Positions 52,540 through 64,000 of a stretch of 64,000 nucleotides of DNA are shown here, one piece after another; the first letter of the stretch is position 1, and each line of letters opens with the position of its first letter. The position numbers and the translations under genes were made by a program. The notes beneath the pieces were generated by a model that saw only the letters and a list, made by a program, of their open reading frames with translations, was not told where the DNA came from and did not search any database. Origin of the DNA: the human T2T-CHM13v2.0 reference genome, Homo sapiens; the NCBI RefSeq assembly GCF_009914755.1, contig NC_060935.1. One strand, given 5' to 3'.

Positions 52540-53330
52540 CTTTAGCGTAGTGGGGGTTGCTAGGCTTTTTCTTAACCTAACCTTCCTACCTCCAAATTCA
52601 AGGAAGAGGGAAGGCTCCTAGCACTCATCCCCAGAAATTATAAAACCAGTATTTTATTTCTTGTTTGAGAGTTTGCCTAGGCAACAGACTTGCCGATTAG
52701 CTCTTGGCCCTGTTTGGACAGGAAGAGAAAAGAAGTAGAGAGAGATGACAAGACAGAGCAGTGGCAGGAAAGAAACCTACACCTCCACCGTTTAGAAAGG
52801 CAAGAGTATGCAAGTTTCCCGTGGGTTGGATGGATGGACTTTGGAGAAGGTAGGCCAGCATGAAATTTCTAGGCTCCATGAGCAAAATGGTAGAGGTGGT
52901 AGTTGAAAGAAGTTTAGAAAAGACAGTGCCAGAGGAGTCGTCTAAGTCAGGGAACTCTGCAGTAAGGAGGTTCCACAGACATCACAGGTGTGCTTACAAG
53001 AGCGAGCCTTTGGAGGCCTGCCTCAGTCACAGATGGTTCTGTGGACAACCAGCTTCACCCAGAGTGGCAGCTATGTCCCAGAAGGGACCACAACAGAAGT
53101 TACATAAGTAAGACGCTGGTCCCTTGCCTGCTCATTCTGTCCTACTTTGATACACAGAGAAGGAAAGGAACCTGGAAGCAGGAGGAGAACAAATGTGAAA
53201 AGAGACTTTCCTCCTCACAGCTGCAGGGTCCTGGGTCCCACTCTATTGTCAATACTGAACTAGAGAAGAGAAAGAGAAGAGCAATAAATCAGAGCTAAGC
53301 TTTACCTTTATAACAACTGAAAGTTATCAA
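52540..53330 (+). mobile_element. Possible ancient LTR (MamGyp/LTR81-like)
   Basis: GC-richer, purine-rich block with tataaaa at 52639 and aataaa near 53283; family recognition is weak. Confidence 0.3.
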
Positions 53331-54454
53331 AAAGCTATGGGACCTTCCTGGATGTCCAAAAGGGATAGAAAAATGGATTTGACAGCATAGTTAAAGGCAA
53401 CGGTTAGAAGGAGTAAAACCACTTCATCTTTGTTACCCACTGCATTTAGACTCTCCAGTAAGTCAGAAACAAGGATATGGATATCAGAGATACGTAAAAC
53501 GTGGAATAGATCCAACTTCACCTATTTGTTATAAGAGAAAAAGGAAAGTAAATTAAAACTTTTGAGTTAGTAGCCTGAATTATGTTCTGAGCTTTAAAAA
53601 AGAAATACTCTAGGCTTTCCTTCTCTGGGCATAGTAATCGCACCTATAAAATAAACAATTGTATGATAGTTCTTAACCTTGTTTTCATCACAGAGTCCCT
53701 TGAGAATCTAAGGGCAACTATATACTGTCTCCACAAAAATAGGTACATGCACACATGGAAGTTTCCACACAAAATCCTATAAAATGGAAAACATTGAAAT
53801 GAGAAGCCAATTTGAGCAAAAAGATTGAGTGTAGCTCTATATATATTAAGCCTGATATGCCTGTGACGAATACCTTGTAGAGACAGCCTTCAGAAAGAAG
53901 ACAAGTCTGTTTCTCCATTTTGTTTTTTGTTTGTTTGTTTTAATCTCAAGCACCTTCTGATATCCAGCTGACAAAAAGGCGGCCCCCTTCTTATTCTTCC
54001 ATTAGAGCCTGGAGGTTCTGAAATTATTCGGTCGCTTAGCACACAAGTCTCTGCAGTTTCTTCATGATTCTTGCAGTGATGCTGAGCCCCAGGGGTGGTG
54101 GCTCATTAATTAAAGTAAATTCTGCACTTAGGCTTTCTTCCTCACTTTCCAAGTGCTGTCATCCTTGTCTCTCTGGGTCACCTCACTTCTTCCTTCCAGC
54201 TAAACTTTATCTAGAAGAAAGACCATGGTGACAGCATAGCCTTTCTTGAGTGTGTATTGCCCTTAGCTGTTAAAAAATTTTACTGATCACGTTAAAGAGT
54301 ATGAATTTCTTTCATTTCCATCATCTGTAGGAAACACGTGTCTTATCTTGTTACCCTTGAGTTTCCTCTTCTGTCAGCCTGGATTGTAGGTCAGAGCTGC
54401 TACTAAGCATGTGATCTTATGCAAAGCTTTCTTTTGATATTTACTTCAGGTCAG

Positions 54455-54670
54455 TGTGCAGTGGCTGAAAATTCAGTACAAATTTGGGAATCCAGCAGGT
54501 CTACTTTTAAAATCCTCAGGTTTGTCAGCCCGGTGTGCTTCATTTTCTTCCTTTTCCTGTATTAAATGAGTGTAATAATATATGCTAGGTCTTTGTAAGT
54601 GTTAAGATAAGGTATCAAAAGTGCCTTGTACAGTGCCTAGCAAATACTAAGGGCTTAATAAATGTTATCG
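54455..54670 (+). mobile_element. MIR SINE
   Basis: gtgcagtggctgaaaa ... acagtgcctagcaaatactaagggcttaataaatgtta. Confidence 0.7.
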
Positions 54671-54914
54671 AAGTAAATTATTACCATTGCCTTTTTTAAC
54701 AAAAAAGGAATTTAAAGTGATCTGGATCTCAATGTCTTCATCTATAAAATACAGTGATTCAAGTATATTCAGTTTGATTTAGTCCTCATTTATTGAGTAT
54801 GCAGTACTTGGAAAACACTATGTACCAGTTAATGTGTCCTTTATGAAGACAAAAAGTGAAGGAGGTTACGAATTAGTCAAGGAGACACTGACGGGAAAAT
54901 ATGTAACAAATCAA

Positions 54915-55120
54915 AGAGCCTGGTTGAAATTAGGGTTCTGCCACTTGCTAAATAACCTTGAACAAGGTAGTAAGTCATACTGAGCCACATTTTTATCATC
55001 AGTAAATGAGACCAATAATACTCAACTCACACAGTGGTTAGAAGCATTACATGAAACAAAGTTGGGAAGAAAAGTAGTATGATGTCTGACACATGAGGTG
55101 ATCCGTAAATGTTTATTATT
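54915..55120 (+). mobile_element. MIR SINE
   Basis: ttctgccacttgcta...accttgaacaag...tctgacaca. Confidence 0.7.
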
Positions 55121-55296
55121 AGCAGAAACATTTTAAGACTTTCATAGGTCCTGGGCTCTCTTATTTTTTTAAGATCTCATCCTGCATTATATCAAAAATA
55201 ATAAAATGTACTTATATCCTATAAAAAGGTGCTTTTTGCTAGAAAAATGTAAAAATTACTTTTATAATTGACTTTATAGTTGAAGGGATTCATAAC

Positions 55297-55587
<291 letters not shown>

Positions 55588-56120
55588 TATGACAATGGAA
55601 GAATTAGGTTGTAGTTGGCTGATTGTTATAACGTTACATTGTATTATTTTCAACACTACAGTTATTATTTTATTGTTCAAGCCAATAGTTATTTTTTAAG
55701 GTCTCAAATTTTTATGTTGGCCCTTAAAAATGTTGAAACTATAGTGCTTAATGGACAAGTGCTCTTGTCTATTAAGGAAAAATGTAACAAATGCTATGAT
55801 GAAGCCCTGAGGAAGCAAAAATGAAGGCAGGAAAAATTCTATGTAAAGTGGATTAAGGATGAGTTCAGGCAGATATATTTGAGCAGTGATAAATAGTTAG
55901 GAATCTGACCACTGAAAAGCATGTGGTCTTACATAACTAGAATAATGGTCTCCAAATAGAAGTCTGAGCAATTTAGAGAGTGAGCAAGAGATCCATGAGG
56001 GGAATGGAAGATGGAAGGGAGAAAATAGTATAACATACTTGCTTTTAATTCTAATTCTAATTTGAAACTACTGTTTGTTTTACTACATATTTAATATATG
56101 AGTATATTTCATATAGTATG

Positions 56121-56144
56121 GTGTGTGTGTGTGTGTGTGTGTGT
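56121..56144. repeat. (GT)12 microsatellite
   Basis: Direct reading. Confidence 0.95.
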
Positions 56145-56509
56145 ATAAAATGCATATGTAACCTCTCAATAAAGCATATATTGAGGATGCATTACAAGAC
56201 AGTTCCGAGATCTTCCCAGCACAGAGCAGGAAATAATTGAGGTTATGACTATTTGGTGAAGATCTTCAGCTCTTCTGCTGAAGAGTATGTTATCTTGTAG
56301 GCATGGGGAGCCATGAAATGTTTAGGAAAAGAGTGATCAGATTTGTAATTTTAGAAATTAAATCCTGAGATAATGTGCAATTTGAAGGAAAGGAGCAAAG
56401 ACTAGAGTTCAGAAAAGTAATTAAGAAAAAATTCAATAGGCTTATCCATGGATCATTTTACCTATTCCCCTCCCAAGCCAGGAAAAAGATAAGGCTAACT
56501 AATTTTGAA

Positions 56510-56790
56510 CCTCCAAGTGAGATGTCAGCTCCTCTGAGATGCCTTCCCTAACTGTGCTCACAGCACCCCTGCTGTGTATTTCAAGTAGCTCCCTGTATTT
56601 CCCCCTTTCCAGAATTGATTACACTACATAGTAATTGCGTGTTTACTTGTCTAACTCTTCCTTTCACACTGTGGTACCTGAGGGTAGGAACTGGGTCATA
56701 TTCAGAATCTTATCCCAGAAGCCATCTACAGTACCTGGAATTTAGAAACTACTCAATGTGTAGTTTCTATAGTAGTAGTTGATGAATCTG
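56510..56790 (+). mobile_element. L2 3' relic
   Basis: tcctctgagatgccttccct ... gtttacttgtct ... cagtacctgg...actcaatg. Confidence 0.7.
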
Positions 56791-57889
56791 ACTGAAATAC
56801 TTCACTCCTTCTCCACTTCCAGCCATTCAGTGAACTAATTCCCATTAGTTCCCATTTTCAAGTCTGTGCTTAGATACCACTTTCACCTGAAAGGTGTGTC
56901 TCTGTTTAGCACTTATCTCCTTTAATTAAAATTGTATGTATAATTGTCTTTCCTTTTAAAAAGATGGCTATTTCATCTGCCAAAACAGGGAGCCGACATA
57001 TACGTAGAGTTTAAAGTTCTGTTCAGTGTTAAATTGAATATATTCATGCTCTTCTGGGGATATTGTTGGAAGTCCTGTGGTGTGAAGGAGATGGCCTACA
57101 TAGTCAACCCAGATGACGTCATATACTTTCAGCCTCTATGTAGCCACTGTTTTTCTCGTCCAAGTTCTCTCTCTTCTGACCTGGTTTATGGCCACATCCC
57201 CACCCTGTACTCAGCATAAAAAAACCTGCCAGGGTTCTCATTTCAAAGGAGCGAACTCAATGTCCTGTACAGAGAAAATAGGTAGAGGCAAAAGCAGAGA
57301 GTACCATTATTTATGAAGGTTTTCAGAATCCATCTGTTCTCTGGATCATGAACCCTTTATCAATGCACTGTAGCAAAACCCTCAGCTCCACTCCCTCTTC
57401 TACCATAAGGAGAATAGCAGCTCTTTTCTTGTGCTCTTCATTAGTAGCTACTGACAGTACAGCTGCCATCATGCCTCTCCAAACGTTATTAACTCGTTTT
57501 CCTAAAAGCAAAACACTATTCTGGTCTGTTTTATTTCTTTTCTATCTTATAAACATACCATGCTCACTTTTGAATTCTCCTCCTTTGCTCATTTGTTCCC
57601 TTTTTTCTTAAAATCTTCGTCTACTTCCTCCTCCCTGTTCATTCTTTCAAATCTGTATCAAATCTTGTCCACTTGTAACTGGACTCCTCCAGCTTTTATT
57701 GGTCCTTCCTTCTGAGCTACACTAGAATTATAGTTTGATACATAATTTTAACATTCTGCAATTCGCATGTGAACAATTAAATTGTTAGGACTTTATGGAC
57801 AAAGATTGTACCTTAAAACTTCCTTCATCTCTTCTGCCATTATGGCATAGCACAAGATATACACTAAGCATTAATGCTATTCACCAGAC

Positions 57890-58140
57890 AGTTGTGGTTT
57901 TTCTTCCACACACATAGTAAGATTGTGTTTCCTTGCTGTTCTGAGGTCACATGAGACTATTTGCCTTGCCAGTGAAGTGTGAATAGAAGTGTTGTGTGCT
58001 GTTTTTATGTGACAAATTTAAAAGTCACAGTTTGATTTGGGATATTCTATTTTTCTCTATCTTGGTCACTGGAGAGGTGTCAGCACGGATGCTTAAATGA
58101 AGGTGATATATTGAAGAACTCTCCAGCTGACCCCCAATGG
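57890..58140 (+). mobile_element. MaLR LTR fragment, MLT1J/K-like
   Basis: gtcacatgagact...ttgccagtgaagtgtgaatagaagtg. Confidence 0.55.
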
Positions 58141-58209
58141 GTGGCATCCCAAAGATTCAACGTCACTTGCTGAAGGTGCTGGGAGAGCCACCTGCTTAGT
58201 GCATAGCAT

Positions 58210-58568
58210 GTTTTCACATTTTTGTGGGTACATCAGAGGCATATACAAGTATGGGGCACATGACCTGTTTTGATACAGGAATACAATGTGTAATCATCAC
58301 ATCAGGGCAAGCACTCATCATTTCTTTGTGTTGTGAACATTCCAATTGTACTCCCTCAGTTATTCTAAAATGTACAACAAATTATTGTCAACTGTAGTTA
58401 TCCTGTTGTGCTCTTAAATACTAGATCATTCATTGTATCTAATTATATTTTTGTACCCATTAACTATCGTCATCTCCACCATCATCCCCTACTCCCATGC
58501 TGCCACAGCCTCAGGTAACTATCATTCTATTCTCTAGTTTCATGAGTTCAACTGCTTTAATTTTTAAC
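58210..58568 (-). mobile_element. L1MA 3' UTR fragment
   Basis: ttttgtgggtacat ... ttttgatacagg...aatgtgtaatcatcacatcaggg ... ttttgtacccattaac. Confidence 0.85.
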
Positions 58569-58742
58569 CTGTAGCATTTGGATCATGAGCATCAGATATT
58601 GGGCCAGTTTAGGACAGAAGCAATCAGAGATAACAGAGAAAACTTCTATGGAATAAATGTGAAACTTCTCTACTCCTGACATAAGCATAACCTTCCTATT
58701 CTACAGTACTGTAAGAGTACTGGTACACAATAGTATAAAACC

Positions 58743-58825
58743 ATTAGGTTGAACCAAGTAAAATTGACATTTTTATAAGATAAAAATAGCCAAATAATGA
58801 AAATTTTCTATAGTTCAACCAAATA
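58743..58825. mobile_element. MADE2 mariner MITE
   Basis: TIRs attaggttgaacca ... tagttcaaccaaata, ~80 bp. Confidence 0.8.
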
Positions 58826-59169
58826 GAAATAAGACCAGGAGGAAAAATGTGAAAAACCTGCGAGAAGAAATGTGACACCCTTGAATTAGCTATTGAGTCA
58901 TATAGTGTCTGATAATAATGAAACCTGCATTTACCTGATTATACCTGAGAGGTGATGATATACTAGAATTCACTTGTTACTAGATTATAACCATATTGAA
59001 CTAAAAATAATTTATCCATTGCTAAGCCAGAACTAATGAATCAAATTTGCATTTACATAAATAACAAAGGAAATTTATATTTTATAATTACATTCCCCAG
59101 CTTAAAAGTCTTTTTGAACTCATTTAAGAAGTAGATAATCGTAATAGTCCTATGTCTTTTTTAAATATT

Positions 59170-62100
59170 TAATGTGTAGCTTAAATCTTTCCCACAAAGA
59201 AAACTTTAGGTGTAGAACTCCCTACTGGAGAATTCTACCAAACATTTAAGGCAAAATTAATGCCAACTCTACAAAAACTCTTCCAGAGATTTGAGGTGGG
59301 GCAGATACTTCCCAACTCATTATACAAGGACAACATTATGCTTAAACCCAAACTAGACAAAAACATTAACAGAAAATACAATTATAGGCAATATCTCATG
59401 AGAATCAAGATGCAAAATTCTTAGCAAAACTATCTTGACGAAGAACAAAGTGAAATGAATTATTTTTCCCGATTTAAGGATTATTAGATGACTACAGTAA
59501 TCAAGACTGTGTAATGCTGGTGCAGGAATAGACACATAGGTTAACAGAACAAAACAGATAACAAAAATAAACCCACATAAATATGCTCAACTGATTTTTG
59601 ACAAAAGCAAAAAAGTAATTCAATGGAAAAAGGATAGCCTTTTGGAAAATGGTGCTAGAGTGATTTAATATCCTGAGGCAAAAACAAAGACAAACAACAA
59701 CAACAAACCTCTCAACCTGTCTTACATCTCCACAAAAATTACCTCAAAATGAATCAGAGACTTAAACGTCAATGTAATATTGTAAAAATTTTAAAAATAC
59801 ACACAAGGAAAGCATAATGAACTAAGGTTAAACAAAGAATTGGCAGATATGATTCCAAAAGTATGATCTATAAAAGGAAAGTTGATAGATTGGTACTTAT
59901 CAATCAAAATTAAGAACTCTTGCTCTGTGAAAGCTCAGGTAAAAAGGATAAAAGGTAAGCTACGGACTGGCAGAAAATGCTTTCAAATCACGTACCCAAC
60001 AAAGAACTGGTATCTAGAATATATAAAGTACTCTCAACACTTATCAGGAAAGTAAAAATAATCCAATTAGAAAATGAGCAGAAGATATGAAGAGACAGCA
60101 AGCACAGAAAAAGATTTTCAACATCATTACAATCAGAAAACAAAACAAAACAACTAAAACATCACCCACTGCTAACTGGTGATGATGTGTACAAAGTGGA
60201 TCATTCATACATTGCTGGTATGAATGTTAAATGATACAGCCACCTTGAAAAACATTTTGGCTGTTTCTTACGAAACTACATATGCAATTTCCATATGACA
60301 CAGATATTATACTCTTGGGCATTTATCCCAGAGAAATTAAAACTTATGTTCACATAAATATCTGTACATCAATGCTTGTAGCAATTTTGTTTGTAATTAT
60401 AAAAAAGTAGAACCTGCCCAGATGTTGTTCAATAGCTGAATGGTTAAGCAAACTATGGTACATCCATAGCATGGATCACTACTTAGCAATAAAAGGAAAT
60501 AAACTACTGATACATGCAACAATTTGGATGAGCCTCCAGGCAGGAAAGTAAACTGATTGAAAAAACCAATCCCCAAAAGTTATATACTGTTAGATTCCAC
60601 TAATCTAAGATTTTTTTGAAATGGAAAAATAATATTATAAATGGAGAGAAATTAGCAGTTGCCAGGAATTAGGAAGCGAATGGTGGTGAGTATGTGGGAT
60701 GAAGATGAGTGTGGTTATAAAAAGGAAAATAAAGAATCGGTGGGTTAGAAATGTTCAATATTTTTATTGTGGTGGTAGATAAACCCAAAGTGGTGAAAAA
60801 TATTGTATAAAACTTAAAATGCGCACTTACACAAATAAGTCAAACTGGAAAAATCTAAATTAAGATGAACGCGTATAAAAATATCAATATGCTGGTTGTG
60901 ATATTATACTATAATTTTGTAAAATATTATTGGAGAATACTGAGGAAAGCATAGAAGGAATCTGTTTTATTTCCTAAAACTGCATGTGACCTTACAATTA
61001 TCTCCAAAATGTTCATTTATTAAATAAATACTTTAAAAAAGCACCAAAAATATAGATATAAACCTTTAAAAAGATGTCTAAGATCTATAGACCAATAACT
61101 ATAAAACATTGCTTAGAGAAATTGAAGACCTAAATAGATGGAGTTATGTCTTCTTCATGAGTTATATGACTCACTGAAGTTCCAATCAAAATCTCAGCAT
61201 GCCTTTTTAGAAACTGACAAGCTAATTCTTAAATTCATTTGGAAATGCAAAGGACACAGAACAGCCAAAACAATTTGAAAAGGAAGAGTAAAGTAAAAGG
61301 ACTTAATCTATACAACTTCAAGAGAGGTCATTATGCTATAGTATTCAAAATGGTGTGGGTTTGTCATAAAGACAGGTAAATCAATGCAGCAGAACAGAGA
61401 ATCAAGAATTTGACCTACATATATATGCCAATTGATTTTTAACAGTGATGTAAAGCCTGTGGGAAAATACAGTGTTTTAGTTTGGGCAGCTGTAACAAAT
61501 TACTGCAGCCTGGTTGCTTACATATTTATATCTCATAGTTCTGGAGGCTGTGAAGTCCAGGATCAGGATGCTAAGATGGTTAGTTTCTAGTGAAGGCCCT
61601 CTTTTTGGTTTACAGATGGCTATTTTCCTTCTGTGTCCTCACTTGTCAGAGAGCAGAGAGAGAGAGAAAACAATCTCTTTCATGTCTCTTCTTATAAGGG
61701 CACTAATCTTTATGACCTTACTACCATCCAAAGACTCCATCTCTAAATATCATCACATTGGCAATTAGAGGCTTATCATATGAATTTGAGGCAGACATAA
61801 ACATCCAGATCATAGAAGTTCATCATTTCAAAATCAAAGTATGATGCAACTGAGTAACCATTTGCAAAATAAATAAATAGTAAGATTCTACTTCATACCA
61901 CAAACAAAAAGTGATTCAAAGTGTATCACAGACATAAACATCAAATTTAAAACTATAACATTTCTAGGAAAAGAAAAACAGAAATCTCTGTGACCTTAGG
62001 TTAGGTAAATATTTCTGAATAAAACAAAAGCACAATGCATAAAATAAAATCAATAAATTAAACTTCAACATGAGGAATTTCTGTTTTTGGAAAAACATTG

Positions 62101-63065
62101 AGAAATGCCACAGACTGGTAGAAAATAGTTGCATGTTTCATACCTAAAATAAGAGTTATTTATACACTGTAAAAAAAAAACTCTAAATCTTGAAATCTAA
62201 TGAATAAATTGATAAAAAAGGGTAAATATTTGAACAATTAGCTCACCAAAGACAATATGCAGATGGAAAATGAACATATGAAAAATTGCTCAAGATCATT
62301 AGGGAAATGCAACTTAAAGCCACAATGGATTCTACTACCTACTTGTTATGATAGCTAAAATAAAATAGACTGACCATACGAAGTGCTGCAAGAGCTCTCA
62401 TACACTGCTGGTAGGAATGTAAAGTGGTACAACCACTTGGAAAGATTATGTCAGCTTCTTAAAAAGGTAAACGTAAGCATAAAGAAGTTGATCTAGTCAT
62501 TGCAATCTTAAATATTTACCCAAAAGAAATGAAAGCATATATCCATAGAAGACTTGTGCACAAATGTTCATGGTATCTTTATTTTTTATAGCCCTAAGCT
62601 GAGAGCAACCCAAACATCCATCAACAGGTAAATGGATAAACAAATTATGGTATATACACACAATGGAATGAATACTACTCAGCAATAAAAGGAAGTGAAT
62701 TACTGATAATTGGAGCCCCAGGGCTGAATCTCAATTTAATTATGCCAAGTGAAATAAACTAGAGTAAAAGTATGTAATGTATTATTCTGTTTATAGAAAA
62801 TTCTAGAAAAATGCAAACTAGAAAAATGCAAACTAACTTATCGTGATGGGAAACAGATCAGTAGTTGCCTAGGACAACGATGGGGTTAGAAGGGGCTGGG
62901 GGAATGCAAGGGAACACAGGGATGCTTCTGAGGGTGATGCATATGTTTATTATCTTCACTATGGTAATGGTTTTATGACTACAGACATACAGGAAAACTT
63001 TTCAAAGCATACACTTTAAACATGTGCGATTATATGCCTATAATAACTCAGTAAAGTTGTTGAAA
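59170..63065 (+). mobile_element. Old L1M cluster: L1MC-like element (~59425-61030) apparently nested in another L1M, with MLT1A inserted
   Basis: Degenerate ORF2 (ttctaccaaacatttaagg; caactgatttttgacaaa; atttatcccagagaaat) and two separate L1M 3' UTRs ending near 61030 and 63065. Confidence 0.85.
61473..61815 (-). mobile_element. MaLR LTR, MLT1A-like
   Basis: tctcatagttctggaggctgtgaagtccaggatcagg ... tcttataagggcactaatc. Confidence 0.85.
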
Positions 63066-63074
63066 AATGTTAAT

Positions 63075-63450
63075 AGCTTCCCATTGCCCTTAAAATTAAG
63101 AACAAATGATTTTCACAGGATACTATGTTCTACAGGGTCTCCCCCTCGCCTACCTCTCCAGTCTCATCTTTTGCCCCTCCCTGACCATCTCTCTGTTGCC
63201 ATCAGGATTGGCCATTTCTTCAAGGTTTTCTTGTCCTTCCGACCTCAGGATCTTTGCAAATGCAAGTCCCCCTGCTTTCCCACACTGAAGGATAAGCTCA
63301 AATCAATCACCCTTCAGTTCTCAGCTCAAATATTACCCCCTAAGAAGAGACTTAACTACTTCCGTAAATAGCTCAGGTTTCTGTGTTATTTCCTGGCACT
63401 CTCTACTATTTCCTTTTTAACATTTATCACACATTTCACTTATATTTTCA
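63075..63450 (+). mobile_element. L2 relic
   Basis: agcttcccattgccct ... ctcaggatctttgca ... tcagctcaaat. Confidence 0.65.
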
Positions 63451-63714
63451 GTAAAATTTAATGTATATCACATGCCACTACAGTACATTTACATATATTA
63501 TGTAATCAATACTTTTAAAGAACTAGATATTATGACAGTTTTACATTTAGGAAGGAGATTAAGAAACTTTGCTTAAGATCACACATAGAGTAGTCAGTGT
63601 CAGTAATTTGAACACAGCCCTATCCTGCTTTAAAACATAGGGTCTTAATTAATGATTAATTAAATGATTCTATGATATAATGTCCACCCTGATATGATAC
63701 CAAAAAGAAATCTG

Positions 63715-64000
63715 ATCTGCTGAAAGCGGATGTATGCCAAGGAATGCAAGTGGCTTCCAGAAGCTGAAAGCAGTATCCAGCTGACAGACAGCAAGGGAAC
63801 AGGGACACATACAAGACAAATTCTGCCAACAGGCATGAACTTGGAAGCAGCTTCCTCTCCTGAGCGTCCAGAGAGGAGCCCTGCCTGGCCAACACCTTTT
63901 GAGACTGTAAGCAGAAAATCCAATTAAGCCCACCCCCCCAGACTTCTAACCAAAAGAATAAATGTATGTTTAGTTCATTAATAGCTATTTGTTATGCAGC
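63715..64000 (+). mobile_element. MaLR LTR (MLT1D/E-like), truncated by the window end
   Basis: gccaaggaatgcaagtggcttccagaagctgaaa ... ctggccaacacc ... tttgttatgcagc. Confidence 0.85.

Noticed and set aside
45381-55293. Shared MNPFNY 17-mer (atgaatccctt.aacta) in inverted orientation 10 kb apart
   Set aside because: A 16/17 match is expected by chance in 64 kb of AT-rich DNA, and it does not extend

Overview
AT-rich, CpG-depleted primate (human-like) genomic DNA, either intergenic or deep intronic. Interspersed repeats dominate: six near-full-length Alus (J, S, Y) plus one ~21-bp micro-Alu, primate L1PA/L1PB and old L1M LINEs, many L2 and MIR relics, two CR1/L3-like relics, ERV1 and ERVL/MaLR solo LTRs (MER34-like, MLT2, MLT1), and DNA transposons (Tigger1, Tigger4, Blackjack-type hAT, MER5A, MADE2). 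I recognise no intact protein-coding gene, RNA gene or CpG island. The ORFs I can identify are decayed transposon proteins or Alu read-throughs, and the rest look like chance ORFs. I found no convincing new biological system. The most notable observations are: (1) several small DNA repair or retrotransposition scars, namely a micro-Alu with perfect TSDs, a patchwork inverted repeat, a local 135-bp duplication, and MIR-like DNA captured inside Tigger1; (2) candidate spliced exons near 45.3-46.1 kb; and (3) a few dense transcription-factor motif clusters. Repeat subfamily names come from remembered consensus sequences and boundaries are approximate; RepeatMasker/Dfam would settle them.
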